Below are positions 20,693 through 32,553 of a stretch of DNA of 64,000 nt, piece by piece. This DNA is from Vicinamibacterales bacterium (GTDB lineage Bacteria > Acidobacteriota > Vicinamibacteria > Vicinamibacterales > 2-12-FULL-66-21), in NCBI GenBank assembly GCA_035699745.1, contig DASSPH010000069.1:232549-296548 (forward strand). The letters run 5' to 3'. How positions within the stretch are numbered: the stretch's first letter is position 1; every line of letters begins with the position of its first letter. The notes beneath the pieces were generated by a model. That model was not told the DNA's origin. It saw only the letters and a program-made list of their open reading frames with translations, and did no database searches. Made by a program: the position numbers and the translations under genes.

Positions 20693-22060
20693 CTACCGCC
20701 GCCTGTAACAGAACACCGAATCCCCGTTGCCCTGCCTGTCGAAGAACACGCGCGTCGTCAACTGAGGCAGCGCTTCCATTCGGGCCGATGCCGCGATCCG
20801 GTAGTTCGTCAGGAAGATGCCGCCGGGACGGAGCATGCTGGCGATGTTCGCGAGAGCGAGCCCCTGTTCGAAGCTGTCGTAGTAGACGAGGACGTTGGTC
20901 GCGACGATCAGGTCGAACCGCTCGGATTCGCCGAGCGGCTCGCGCTGCAGCACGATGTTGAGATCCCTGGGCGAGATCACGCGCACGCGCGCCGCCGGCA
21001 CGGTGATGCTGCGGACGCGAACGCCGGCGGCCGCCTCGGGCCGCGGCGGCGGCTTGCCCTCCCGTCCGACCCGGGCGCCGAAGCGCTCCCAATAGCCGAC
21101 CAGCGCGGGCTGCCACTCGTGCGATGGGTCGCCGCCGGCCAGGGGAAGATGCAGGGTGTAGCCCGCTCCTCTCGCGGCGCGCTGCACCGCGGCCGCGAGG
21201 TGGGCGTTCACGCGCGGACTCAGATCGTAGGTCGTCAATCGAAACGCACTGGCCGGTGCGAGATCCAGGCGCAGCAAGGAGTCGATCAAGGCGAACGGCT
21301 GAATCGTCTGCTGCGGATAGAAATCGTAGCCCTCGGCCTTGTCGGTGAAATCGAGCCCGGGCCCGACGATGGCGGCGCGCCGGACGCTGAAGGCCGGGAG
21401 CACGGCGCTCTGAGCGACTGCCGCAAGCGCGGCGTCGATGGCGAAGCTCGCGGTGAGCCGTGTGTCGGACGAGAGGCCGCGATCGCGAAAGAGCGTGGCG
21501 TAGGCCGCCAGCGCGGCGTCCGCGTCCGTCGAGCGCCTGGCCGCCTCCGCGGCACGGCCGAACTCCGCGTTCTCGGCGATCACGCGCTCGCGGGCCTCGA
21601 CGAGGAACTCGCGCGCCTTCATTCGCCCCGCCTCGGTGCGGACGTCGATCCCCCGTCCGGAGAGATGGCGCCGGGCGAACAGGAGGCGCTCGTTCGTGCC
21701 GGGTGCGGCGATGGCGGACACCAGATCGTCGAGGCGGTCGATCAGCAGCGCTTCCGCTTTCCCTGAATCGCGCAGCCGATCGATCTGCTCGGCCGTGGCG
21801 CGCGGCTGCTTCGTGAACGCGGTGCCGTAGAGCCACAGGTAGACGAGCGAATCCTCGTCACCGCGCACGAGCCGCGCGCGGATCTCGGCGTCCCGCTTCG
21901 CGACCCAGGCCGGCCAGTCCGTCGCGGAGATCCGCAGGCGGCTCGCGGCTTCCGCCGGACGATCCGCGTCCGGCCGGCGATCCACCTCGTCATACGGAAT
22001 GTAGATCGGCGCCGCCTGCAGCAGCGCCGCGGCGACGAGCGGGAGCAGCCAGCGGAGCAC
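20693..22060 (-). CDS. hypothetical protein with a C-terminal methyltransferase-like fold and N-terminal signal peptide
   Basis: MLRWLLPLVAAALLQAAP signal. The C-terminal FDLIVATNVLVYYD...LRPGGIFLTN resembles class I SAM-MTase motifs II/III. The motif I position reads IVGPGLD rather than GxGxG. Confidence 0.55.
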   Translation of the reverse strand: MLRWLLPLVAAALLQAAPIYIPYDEVDRRPDADRPAEAASRLRISATDWPAWVAKRDAEIRARLVRGDEDSLVYLWLYGTAFTKQPRATAEQIDRLRDSGKAEALLIDRLDDLVSAIAAPGTNERLLFARRHLSGRGIDVRTEAGRMKAREFLVEARERVIAENAEFGRAAEAARRSTDADAALAAYATLFRDRGLSSDTRLTASFAIDAALAAVAQSAVLPAFSVRRAAIVGPGLDFTDKAEGYDFYPQQTIQPFALIDSLLRLDLAPASAFRLTTYDLSPRVNAHLAAAVQRAARGAGYTLHLPLAGGDPSHEWQPALVGYWERFGARVGREGKPPPRPEAAAGVRVRSITVPAARVRVISPRDLNIVLQREPLGESERFDLIVATNVLVYYDSFEQGLALANIASMLRPGGIFLTNYRIAASARMEALPQLTTRVFFDRQGNGDSVFCYRRR

Positions 22061-22066
22061 GCGCGC

Positions 22067-22861
22067 TCAGCGAGGCGGCATCGCCTCGAACGTCCTGGCG
22101 ATGTTGTCGAGCAGGGCGAGCGTCGAGCGAACGCCGGCCTCGAGATACCGCTCCCCCGCTTCAGGCGTCGACTTTCGCGCGTCGCCCCACGTGCCCGACC
22201 TGGTGGCCCAATACACCGATCCCGGGTGCGAGAAGAAGTACGCGGTGTGCACGCCGCCGGTCGGAATCCGGTAGTCGGGAAACGGCGGGAATTCGGCGTT
22301 GGCGTTGTCGAGATCGACCAGCGCCGGATTGATCCGCATGACCGCCGACGTCTCGCCGAGGTTGGCGTGCAGCCCGTTCTTCAAGCCCGAGAACTCGTCG
22401 ACGTCCTCCGCCGTGAACGCGTCCCAGTAGTTGATCGGAAAGGCCTGCACGGTATGTTTCGGGATGCGCTCCTGCGCGTTGGCGCAGGCATAGGCAATGG
22501 CGTAGGTATTGTCGTAGTGGCCGTTGAGGAAGACGATCTTCCGGAAGCCGGAGGACGCGAACGAAACGCAGAGGTCTTCGATCAGCGCCATGAACGTCGG
22601 AATCCGGATGTGCATCATGCCGGGGAAGCCGACGTGAGGATAGGACAGGGTGTAGTTGATCGGCGGGGCGACGACGGCGCCGATCCGCGGCGCGACGCGG
22701 CGGGCGATTTCCTGGGGAATCAGCACGTCGGTCAGCAGCGGCCCGTGCGGGCCGTGCTGCTCGACGGCGCCCACGGGAACGATGACGGTCTGATGTTGCT
22801 TCAGGAACTCGATGACTTCCGGGTTCGTCATCTCGCCAAGAAAAACGGTCGGGGGCTTCAT
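22067..22861 (-). CDS. creatininase family protein (creatinine amidohydrolase-like)
   Basis: 264 aa with the family pattern VIVPVGAVEQHGPHGPLLTD and GHYDN. Confidence 0.88.
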   Translation of the reverse strand: MKPPTVFLGEMTNPEVIEFLKQHQTVIVPVGAVEQHGPHGPLLTDVLIPQEIARRVAPRIGAVVAPPINYTLSYPHVGFPGMMHIRIPTFMALIEDLCVSFASSGFRKIVFLNGHYDNTYAIAYACANAQERIPKHTVQAFPINYWDAFTAEDVDEFSGLKNGLHANLGETSAVMRINPALVDLDNANAEFPPFPDYRIPTGGVHTAYFFSHPGSVYWATRSGTWGDARKSTPEAGERYLEAGVRSTLALLDNIARTFEAMPPR

Positions 22862-22885
22862 GGTTGGCTAGAATACACAACCATG
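22859..22885. promoter_or_regulatory. 21-bp divergent intergenic region inside a perfect 8-bp inverted repeat that contains both start codons
   Basis: CATGGTTG-N11-CAACCATG. The spacer carries TAGAAT (plus strand) and TATTCT (minus strand), each 8 nt from its ATG. Confidence 0.4.
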
Positions 22886-24028
22886 TCCATGGACCGGCGC
22901 GACTTTCTCTCGACCTTCTCAGCCGTCGCCGCGGGCACGGCTTCGGCGGGACTTTCGGCGCAAACGCCGCCCCCCGCCTCGGGTCAGAGCCCCGCGCAGC
23001 CTCCCGCCACGGCGGTGACCGCACCGGGCGCGGGCCCGGGCAAGCTGAGCGAGAAGGATCGGCTGCTGCGAATCGCGTCGAACTCCTACGCCGTCCGTGC
23101 GCTGTTCAAGTCACGCACTGCCGGCCGCGGCGGCGGCCCGGGCGAGGCGATGAAGAAGCAGTACGGCGAAATCACGATGCTGGACTTCCCGCAGTTCACC
23201 AAGAACACCTATCCCGGCGTCACCCACATGGACATCTTCTCGTCCCTCATGGGCGACATCACCGACGACAGCATGTTCACCAGGCGGCCCGACGGCGGGC
23301 CCGGCACGTTCGATCCCTCGACGCCGTCCGGGCGCAAGTGGCTCGACCAGCTCGCCGCGAAGAGCGCCGCGGCCGGGGTGAAAGTCCACCACGTGTCCAA
23401 CAACGCCCCGACCAATCTCGCCTCGACCGACGACGCGCTGCGCAAGGAAGGTGTGGCGATCGCCAAGCGGTGGCTGGACGCCTGCGCGGTGCTCGGCGTG
23501 CGATCGATGCGGATGAATTCCGTCACCGCGCTCGGCCCGGCGCTGCGGCCGCAGGCGATCGCGCGCTCCTCGGACGGCTATCCGCGCAACACCGACATCG
23601 TCCTGCCGCTGGCGAAGGCGATCGAGTCGTACAAGGAGATGGCGGACCATGGCGGCAATCTCGGCATCAAGGTGACCATCGAGAACCATTGGGGGCTTGC
23701 CGCGGACCCGATCAACATCCGCATCATCCTCGACGAGGTGAATCACCCGTACTGCGAGGCGTCGCCCGACTTCTGCAACTGGGAATACGAGTACATGCTG
23801 GTCAGCGGGTTGAAGGCGGTGGCGCCGTACGCGCACACCAACGTCCACGCCAAGTACTGGGAACGCTGGGGGAGCTACAACGACGTGCGGCGGTCGACCA
23901 GGATCATGCTCGCCGCCGGCTTCAAGGGGACCTTCGCGCTCGAGTACGAGACCGGCCCGCTGAACGGCGTCGAGGGATCGAAGTATCTGTTCAAGGAAGT
24001 CATGGCTGCCCTGGAGGAGTTCGCCTGA
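22883..24028 (+). CDS. sugar phosphate isomerase/epimerase (xylose-isomerase-like TIM barrel) with twin-arginine signal
   Basis: Starts MSMDRRDFLSTFSAVAAGTASAGLSAQ. TIM-barrel family pattern (IENHWG, ALEYE). The track ORF from 22226 is an antisense extension. Confidence 0.85.
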   Translation: MSMDRRDFLSTFSAVAAGTASAGLSAQTPPPASGQSPAQPPATAVTAPGAGPGKLSEKDRLLRIASNSYAVRALFKSRTAGRGGGPGEAMKKQYGEITMLDFPQFTKNTYPGVTHMDIFSSLMGDITDDSMFTRRPDGGPGTFDPSTPSGRKWLDQLAAKSAAAGVKVHHVSNNAPTNLASTDDALRKEGVAIAKRWLDACAVLGVRSMRMNSVTALGPALRPQAIARSSDGYPRNTDIVLPLAKAIESYKEMADHGGNLGIKVTIENHWGLAADPINIRIILDEVNHPYCEASPDFCNWEYEYMLVSGLKAVAPYAHTNVHAKYWERWGSYNDVRRSTRIMLAAGFKGTFALEYETGPLNGVEGSKYLFKEVMAALEEFA

Positions 24029-24744
24029 TGCCGCGCTCCGCTTTCGTGCTCGCCGTCGCGCTGACTGTCGTCTCGCACCCGGCTGCGCCCGCCGCGGCGC
24101 AGAAGCCGCCGCAGGGGTTCGTGTCGTTGTTCAACGGGAAGGATCTCAGCGGATGGCGCGGCCGCCAGCCGAACTACAACCCGGCGGACGAAGCGAAGCT
24201 GACCAGGGAAGAGCGCGCCGAGAAGCAGGCCAAGTGGAACGCCGAGCGCGACGCGCACTGGCGCGTCGATGCGGCGAAGAAGGAGATCGTCTCCGACGGT
24301 CAGAGCCCCCACCTCGCCACCGTGAAAGACTACGGCGACTTCGAGTTCCACGTCGACTGGCTGATGGTCAGCCCGAACGGCGACTCCGGCATCTACCTGC
24401 GCGGCATTCCGCAGGTGCAGATCTGGGATCCCTCGAATCCGCGCGAGGCGAGGAACGGCGCCGACAAGGGCTCCGGCGCGCTGTGGAACAACCGCGCCGA
24501 CAGCCCCGGGAGGTTTCCCCTCGTCAAGGCCGACAAGCCGATCGGGCAGTGGAACACTCTGAAGATTCGCATGGTGGGGGAGAAAGTCTGGGTCTGGCTG
24601 AACGATCAGCTGACCGTCGACGGCCAGGTGATGCACAACTACTTCGACAAGACCGGGCCGGTGCCCGCGCGCGGCCCGATCGAGCTCCAGACGCACGGCT
24701 CCGAGATGCGGTTCAAGAACATCTACCTGAAAGAGCTCAAATGA
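24028..24744 (+). CDS. DUF1080 (3-keto-disaccharide-hydrolase-like) domain protein, secreted
   Basis: Signal peptide followed by FVSLFNGKDLSGWRG ... GPIELQTHGSEMRFKNIYLKEL, the classic DUF1080 termini. The start overlaps the previous stop (TGATG). Confidence 0.85.
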   Translation: MPRSAFVLAVALTVVSHPAAPAAAQKPPQGFVSLFNGKDLSGWRGRQPNYNPADEAKLTREERAEKQAKWNAERDAHWRVDAAKKEIVSDGQSPHLATVKDYGDFEFHVDWLMVSPNGDSGIYLRGIPQVQIWDPSNPREARNGADKGSGALWNNRADSPGRFPLVKADKPIGQWNTLKIRMVGEKVWVWLNDQLTVDGQVMHNYFDKTGPVPARGPIELQTHGSEMRFKNIYLKELK

Positions 24745-25628
24745 CTGTCATCCCGCTCCTCGCCTCCGCGCTCGCGCTCGTCACCCTCGATGCCGCGACC
24801 GTCGAGGAGCGGACCCGGCGCGTCCACGTCAGCGCGTTCGATCGCAACGGCGCGGTCGTCGCCGATCTCGTCGCGGGCGATGTTGCCGTTAAGGAAGGAG
24901 GCAAGAGCCGCCAGGTGACCGCGCTCCGGCCGGCCACCGGCGCGCTGCAGATCGCCATCCTCGTCGACGACAACGGCACGGGCCTGTTCCGCGTCGCGGT
25001 TGGCCGCTTCATCGAGGCGCTCCTCGGCCGCGCCGAGTTCTCCATCATCAGCGTCACCGGCCAGCCGAGGAAGCTGACGCCGTTCACCGGCAGCGCCGAC
25101 CTCCTGAGCGCGGCGGTGAGCCAGCTCATCGCCCGCCCGGGCTCGCCGGACGGCGGCCAGCTGCTCTCGGGGATCTACGAGAGCGCGCTCGACTTCGAGC
25201 GCCGCCGGGTCGAGCGGCCGGTGATCCTCGCGCTCACTGTCGGCGGCGAGGAGCACACGCCGCTGCCGCCCGACCACGTGCTCAGCGAGCTGCGCAAGAG
25301 CGGAGCGGCGCTGCACGTCGTCTCGGTGCTCGGATCGACGCTCCGGCCGACGGCGCCGACAAATCGCCCCAGCGACCTGCTGAACGAGAACCTCGGGCTG
25401 AACGAAGTGCTCGGCGACGGACCGAAGCGCTCCGGCGGGCGCCGGGAGGAAGTGCCGGCCATCGCCGGCGCGATGACCGGGCTGCAGCAGCTCGCCGAAT
25501 CCCTCAAGCGCCAGTACGTCGTCGAGTACACCCTTCCCGACGGCGTCAGGGCGTCCGACCGCTTCAGCATCACCACCACGCGGCGGGACGTGACGCTGCG
25601 CGCCCCGACGCACATTCCGGACAAGTAG
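24741..25628 (+). CDS. VWFA-related acidobacterial-domain protein (paralog 1)
   Basis: ATGA overlap with DUF1080. Signal-like N-terminus. Conserved with paralog 2 at [31 protein letters not shown] and RFS..TTR..V.L.AP...PD. Confidence 0.7.
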   Translation: MTVIPLLASALALVTLDAATVEERTRRVHVSAFDRNGAVVADLVAGDVAVKEGGKSRQVTALRPATGALQIAILVDDNGTGLFRVAVGRFIEALLGRAEFSIISVTGQPRKLTPFTGSADLLSAAVSQLIARPGSPDGGQLLSGIYESALDFERRRVERPVILALTVGGEEHTPLPPDHVLSELRKSGAALHVVSVLGSTLRPTAPTNRPSDLLNENLGLNEVLGDGPKRSGGRREEVPAIAGAMTGLQQLAESLKRQYVVEYTLPDGVRASDRFSITTTRRDVTLRAPTHIPDK

Positions 25629-25657
25629 GCCGCGCCCACCGGGGTGCTTGTTGCGGC

Positions 25658-25666
25658 TGGTACAAT
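25658..25666 (+). promoter_or_regulatory. extended -10 element (TGgTACAAT) upstream of clpS
   Basis: TGGTACAAT ends 12 nt before the clpS ATG. No convincing -35 hexamer. Confidence 0.35.
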
Positions 25667-25678
25667 GGATCCAGTTGT

Positions 25679-25993
25679 ATGCCCGGCACCGAGCGGCGCG
25701 TCGACGGGGAAGTCCTCGAACGGACCAGGCAGGAAACAAAGAAGCCCGAGCTCTTCAAGGTGCTTCTCCTGAACGACGACTACACGACGATGGACTTCGT
25801 CGTCGAGATTCTGGAGACGGTGTTCAACAAGGCGCCGGCAGAGGCGTACCGCATCATGATGGCGGTGCACACGCAGGGGCAGGGCCTCTGCGGCGTGTAT
25901 CCGTACGAGGTGGCGGAAACCAAGGTCGCGACGGTCGTCGATCTGGCGCGCGGGAACGGGTTTCCGCTGCGCGCGACGATGGAACCGGAGTAA
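25679..25993 (+). CDS. clpS: ATP-dependent Clp protease adaptor ClpS
   Basis: 104 aa with [20 protein letters not shown]. Directly upstream of clpA. Confidence 0.93.
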   Translation: MPGTERRVDGEVLERTRQETKKPELFKVLLLNDDYTTMDFVVEILETVFNKAPAEAYRIMMAVHTQGQGLCGVYPYEVAETKVATVVDLARGNGFPLRATMEPE

Positions 25994-26008
25994 GAAGGAA
26001 GACGGCAG

Positions 26009-28337
<2,329 letters not shown>

Positions 28338-28345
<8 letters not shown>

Positions 28346-28949
28346 CGAACACGAGATTCCGGTAAAAGTCGTCGATCGGCGGTGGTGGGCGCGCGAGAAG
28401 GATGCGCCGGGCAGCGACGAGCCGCGCGGCTCCAAGCCGTCGTATGTCGAGGAGCTGGAACGCCGGGTCGCCGAGGCCGAGAAACAGGCGCAGGACTACC
28501 TCGCCAAATACCGCCAGTCCGCCCACGAGTTCGAGGACGCGCGGGCGCGCATGCGCAAGGAGCTGGCGAAGGACGCCGAGCGCAGCCGCCGCGAGGTGCT
28601 CGTCAGCCTGCTCGAGGTGATCGACAATCTCGATCGCGCGATCGAGGCTGCAAAGTCCACAGCCCGATCGGCCGATACTGCTTCAGAGACGGCCGCCGAC
28701 CCGCTGCTCCAGGGGGTCGAAATGGTACGCCGGCTGTTCCTTGCCAAGCTCGAAGGCTTCGGCGTGAAGCGGATCGAGAGCCAGGGTGCGCTCTTCGATC
28801 CGCGCCTGCACGAAGCGGTGACCACCGTGGATGCCGCCGGACCCGACGCCGACGGACGGATCGTCGGTGTCATCGCGCACGGCTACCGGATCGGCGACGA
28901 CGTGCTGCGGCCGGCCCTCGTCGCGGTCGGCCAGCTGCAACCGCGCTGA
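28338..28949 (+). CDS. grpE: nucleotide exchange factor GrpE
   Basis: 203 aa with an N-terminal coiled coil, RLFLAKLEGFGVKRIES and a C-terminal beta domain (YRIGDDVLRPALV). Overlaps the clpA stop by 8 nt. Confidence 0.9.
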
Positions 28950-28986
28950 TCGATCGAACGTCCTAGTCTTCGTGCAGGAGGCCTTC

Positions 28987-29550
28987 ATGTTCAGACAGGC
29001 AGTGAAATACGTGTGCGCGATCGCCGGTTTTCTCGTCATCACCGGCATCGCCGCGCCGTCCGCCGCGGCGGCGCAGGGAGTCGACTTCGCGGCCGGCTAC
29101 TCGTTTCTGCGCGACAACGAGCTTGCCAACAGCGGCGAAGTGTCGGGCAACCTGGCGAAGGGCATCTTCGCGTCGCTGGGCGTCGGCGTCGGGCCTTGGC
29201 TCTCCCTGGTCGGCGAAGTCGCGAGCAACCGGCGGACCTTCGACGAGCTGGGCACCGAAATCGAGTTGAAGGTGGACTTCTACGGCGCCGGCGTGCGGGT
29301 CCGCGGCCGCAGCGGCGCGGCGCGGCCGTACGGGCAGGTGCTGTTCGGCGCGGCGCGCGGACGCCTGTCAGGATTCGGCCTGAGCGAGTCGGGCAGCGAG
29401 TTCGCCTGGCAGCCCGGCGCCGGCGTCGACGCCTACTTCTCGCGCAGCGTCGGTCTCCGCTTCGGAGTCAACGGCCGCTTCATCCAGGCCGAAGACCTCA
29501 CCGCGAAAGAATTCCAGGTCATCGTCGGCCTGGTGTTCGGCGGCCGCTGA
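28987..29550 (+). CDS. outer-membrane beta-barrel protein (small porin/OmpW-like)
   Basis: Signal peptide, alternating amphipathic beta-strand pattern, C-terminal VIVGLVF. AGGAG upstream of ATG 28987. Confidence 0.7.
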   Translation: MFRQAVKYVCAIAGFLVITGIAAPSAAAAQGVDFAAGYSFLRDNELANSGEVSGNLAKGIFASLGVGVGPWLSLVGEVASNRRTFDELGTEIELKVDFYGAGVRVRGRSGAARPYGQVLFGAARGRLSGFGLSESGSEFAWQPGAGVDAYFSRSVGLRFGVNGRFIQAEDLTAKEFQVIVGLVFGGR

Positions 29551-29635
29551 GCGCCGCGCCGGCAACGCCCTACGAGGGCCTTCCGTCCATGCCGAGGGAG
29601 GCCCGCCGCGCAGTCTCATAGCCGCGGCGAAGCAG

Positions 29636-30613
29636 CTACTTCACCCACGCCATGCCGTCCGGTCCTTTGCCCGGCTCGATGCGGCTGGTCACTTCGAGTG
29701 TCTTCAGATCGATGACGGCAATCTGATGGTCTCCGGTCACGGCGACGTACGCCCGCGCGCCGTCCGGCGGAACCAGGATTCCCTCCACCATCCGGCCGAG
29801 CGGCACGCGCCGGCTGACCCTCCGCGCCGCGACGTCGATCACGACGAGGTCGCCGCTGTCGAGATCGGAGATCAACGCGAGCCTCCCGTCCGGCGTGAAC
29901 TTCAGCCGGTTCGAGCGCTTCGTCTGCGCATCGATGGTTCCGGTCACCTTCTTGTCGGCGAGGTTGATGATCGACACGCCGCCATCGCGCGAGTGCGCGA
30001 CCCACAGCTCGCGGCCGTCCGGCGTCACGTCAAAGCCCTCCGGCCCCCTGCCGACCGCGATCGTCGTGACGTTCCACGCGAGCGGATTGCTGCCGCGCTC
30101 CATGATCGTCATGCTGTCCGAGCCGATGTTGCAGGTATAGATCCGCGACGCGTCCGGACTCACCCAGACCATGTGCGTGCCGGCCTGTCCGGTGCCCTGC
30201 ACCCAGTCGATCTGTCCCGACGCGGGATCGAGACGCGCGATGGCGCGGTTGGCTTCGGCGGTGAAGTACACCTTGCCATCCGCGAACCACATGCCGTGCG
30301 GCCGCCGGAAGGCTCCGAGTTCCACGCGGCGCAGCTCCTTCATCGCCCCCAGATCGATGATCGAGATCGTCGCGCCCGGCGTCTGCGCGCCGTAGTTCCC
30401 GACGAAGGCGGTCCGGCCGTCGGGCGACACCGTCACTTCGTGCGGTCCTTCTCCGGTCGGCACGCGTCCGAGGAGCTTGCCGCTGCCGGGATCCACGACG
30501 ACCAGCGTGGCGTCTTCCTTGTTGAGTACGACGAGGCGGCTGCTCTGGGCGGCCGCCGGGAGCGGGAGCGCGAGGGCCAGCAGGACGGTGAGGAGGCGCG
30601 TCATGCGCCTCAT
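29636..30613 (-). CDS. YVTN/YncE-type beta-propeller repeat protein, secreted
   Basis: Signal peptide plus repeated ~40-residue units (P.G...SPDG...YV.N....). Confidence 0.78.
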   Translation of the reverse strand: MRRMTRLLTVLLALALPLPAAAQSSRLVVLNKEDATLVVVDPGSGKLLGRVPTGEGPHEVTVSPDGRTAFVGNYGAQTPGATISIIDLGAMKELRRVELGAFRRPHGMWFADGKVYFTAEANRAIARLDPASGQIDWVQGTGQAGTHMVWVSPDASRIYTCNIGSDSMTIMERGSNPLAWNVTTIAVGRGPEGFDVTPDGRELWVAHSRDGGVSIINLADKKVTGTIDAQTKRSNRLKFTPDGRLALISDLDSGDLVVIDVAARRVSRRVPLGRMVEGILVPPDGARAYVAVTGDHQIAVIDLKTLEVTSRIEPGKGPDGMAWVK

Positions 30614-30622
30614 ACTACCGCC

Positions 30623-30829
30623 TCAGCCGCGCCTCTGCGCACGGAGCGCCGCGCCTTTGCCGGCGCGCGCCGTCGCCGTGCCCGGCTCCTTGCGGCGGCG
30701 GCGCGGTTCCTGGCCGTCCGCGCCGGGGACGGGGCCCGCCGCCGGGTGCGGATCGAAGCCGTGACGGCTCGCGTCGAGCTTCTTTGCTGATGACTTCACG
30801 CCGGCTTTGCCGGGAAGGTTGTTGGCCAT
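30623..30829 (-). CDS. possible small basic Ala/Gly/Pro-rich protein (68 aa)
   Basis: Sequence [32 protein letters not shown]...[26 protein letters not shown]. Ends 10 nt before the propeller gene start. No RBS and no homology recognised. Could be non-coding. Confidence 0.25.
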   Translation of the reverse strand: MANNLPGKAGVKSSAKKLDASRHGFDPHPAAGPVPGADGQEPRRRRKEPGTATARAGKGAALRAQRRG

Positions 30830-30856
30830 GCCGGCGGAAGCAGCAAACGGGGTACC

Positions 30857-30865
30857 TGATAGAAT
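30857..30865 (+). promoter_or_regulatory. extended -10 element (TGaTAGAAT) 9 nt upstream of the FmdB-like gene
   Basis: TGATAGAAT at 30857-30865, ATG at 30875. Implies a leaderless or near-leaderless transcript. Confidence 0.35.
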
Positions 30866-30874
30866 CGCTCTGTT

Positions 30875-31096
30875 ATGCCCATGTTCGAGTACGCATGCCG
30901 CGGCTGCGGGCGGCATTTCGAAGCGTTCGTCACCGCCGACCGGGCGGCCGCGTGTCCCGCCTGTCACGGCGCGGATCTGCAGAAACTGCTGTCGTCGCCG
31001 GGAATGGTCGGGACTGGCGGGCGGAAAGAGACGGAAGCTCTGCCCGCCTGCAGGTCCCAGGGCGGCCACTGCGGCTGCTCGCACAACGTGAATTGA
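30875..31096 (+). CDS. FmdB family zinc-ribbon protein
   Basis: [12 protein letters not shown]...CPACHG. The two CxxC pairs are typical of the family. Confidence 0.8.
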   Translation: MPMFEYACRGCGRHFEAFVTADRAAACPACHGADLQKLLSSPGMVGTGGRKETEALPACRSQGGHCGCSHNVN

Positions 31097-31101
31097 GCAC
31101 T

Positions 31102-31968
31102 ATGGCTACGCCAATCGAACAGCGCGGCTACGCGCATCCGGAAGCGCTCGTCTCGACCGACTGGGTCGAGCAGCATCTCAACGATCCGTCGATTCGGCTC
31201 GTCGAGTCGAACGAGGACACACTGCTCTACTCGTCGGGCCACATTCCCGGCGCGGTCCACGTCGACTGGACGTCGGATCTCAACGACCAGCTGCGCCGCG
31301 ATTACATCACCCGTGAAGGCTTCGAATCGCTGATGTCGCGCATCGGCGCGACCAGAGACACGACCGTCGTCTTCTACGGCGACAAGAACAACTGGTGGGC
31401 GTGTTACGCGTTCTGGGTGTTCCAGCTGTTCGGCCACACCAATGCCAGGGTGATGGACGGCGGACGCATCAAGTGGCAGAAGGAGAGCCGGCCGCTCTCG
31501 CGGGACGTGCCGTCGTATCCGCGCACCGATTACAAGGCGTCCGAGCGCAACGATCCGCCGCACCGCGCGTATCGCGACGACGTGATGGCGCACCTGAAGA
31601 AGCAGGGGCAGCTCGTCGACGTGCGCAGTCCGGAGGAATACGCCGGCACGCGCATGCACATGCCCGACTACCCGAACGAAGGGGCGCTGCGGGGCGGGCA
31701 CATCCCCACCGCGAAGAGCGTGCCGTGGGCCAAGGCGATCAACCCGGACGACGGGACGTTCAAGACCGCCGACGAACTGAAGAAGCTCTACTGCGACGAC
31801 AACAAGCTGTCGCCGTCGAAGGAGACCATCGCCTACTGCCGGATCGGCGAGCGCAGCAGCCACACCTGGTTCGCGCTGAAGTACCTGCTCGGCTTCGAGC
31901 ACGTCCGCAACTACGACGGCAGCTGGACCGAGTGGGGCAACATGGTGAACGTGCCCATCGAGAAGTAG
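31102..31968 (+). CDS. sulfurtransferase (tandem rhodanese, thiosulfate/3-mercaptopyruvate type)
   Basis: Start at [22 protein letters not shown]. Two rhodanese domains. Active-site loop CRIGERSS. Confidence 0.9.
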   Translation: MATPIEQRGYAHPEALVSTDWVEQHLNDPSIRLVESNEDTLLYSSGHIPGAVHVDWTSDLNDQLRRDYITREGFESLMSRIGATRDTTVVFYGDKNNWWACYAFWVFQLFGHTNARVMDGGRIKWQKESRPLSRDVPSYPRTDYKASERNDPPHRAYRDDVMAHLKKQGQLVDVRSPEEYAGTRMHMPDYPNEGALRGGHIPTAKSVPWAKAINPDDGTFKTADELKKLYCDDNKLSPSKETIAYCRIGERSSHTWFALKYLLGFEHVRNYDGSWTEWGNMVNVPIEK

Positions 31969-31977
31969 CCGCGCCTC

Positions 31978-32403
31978 TTGCCCGACAAACTGCAGCAGCT
32001 CGTCGAGACGTTCCAGATGTTCGACCCGGCGGATCGCACGAGCATGCTGCTCTCGTACGCGGATCAGTTCAAGGAAGTGCCGCCGTCGGTTGCCACGCGG
32101 CCGTTTGCCAGGTCGCACCAGGTGCCGCAGTGCGAGTCGGATGCGTACGTGTGGGCGCAGAAGATGCCCGACGGGACGTTGAAGCTCTACTTCGCCGTCG
32201 AGAACCCGTCGGGGATTTCCGCCAAGGCGCTCGCCGCGATCCTCGACCGGACGCTCTCCGGCCTTCCTGCCGCTGACATCGCCACCATCACCCCCGACAT
32301 CGTCGAGAAGATTTTCCGGCAGAACATTTCGATGGGAAAGGGGATGGGGCTGATGTCGATGGTGGATGCGGTGCGCGCGCTGGCGAAGGCTGCGGCGAAG
32401 TAG
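31978..32403 (+). CDS. sufE: SufE family sulfur acceptor protein
   Basis: 141 aa with the conserved Cys loop VPQCESDAYVW. TTG start. Follows the sulfurtransferase gene. Confidence 0.85.
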   Translation: MPDKLQQLVETFQMFDPADRTSMLLSYADQFKEVPPSVATRPFARSHQVPQCESDAYVWAQKMPDGTLKLYFAVENPSGISAKALAAILDRTLSGLPAADIATITPDIVEKIFRQNISMGKGMGLMSMVDAVRALAKAAAK

Positions 32404-32423
32404 CTGCCGCGGAGCCGCCGGCC

Positions 32424-32549
32424 GCTTTCCGCTTTCCGCTTTCCGCTGGCGGCTCTCATCACGCCTGCTTACTCCGCGCCTCGCACCTCGCACCGTGAAC
32501 CGCGCACCGCGCACCGCGCACCTCGATCCTCGATCCTCGAACCTCGAAC
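32424..32549. repeat. composite array of tandem heptamers between convergent sufE and alkB
   Basis: (GCTTTCC)x3 at 32424-32444, (TCGCACC)x2 at 32481-32494, (CGCGCAC)x3 at 32501-32521, (CTCGATC)x2 at 32522-32535, (CTCGAAC)x2 at 32536-32549. The plus strand has about 58 C versus 26 G by my count. Confidence 0.9.
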
Positions 32550-32553
32550 TTCC

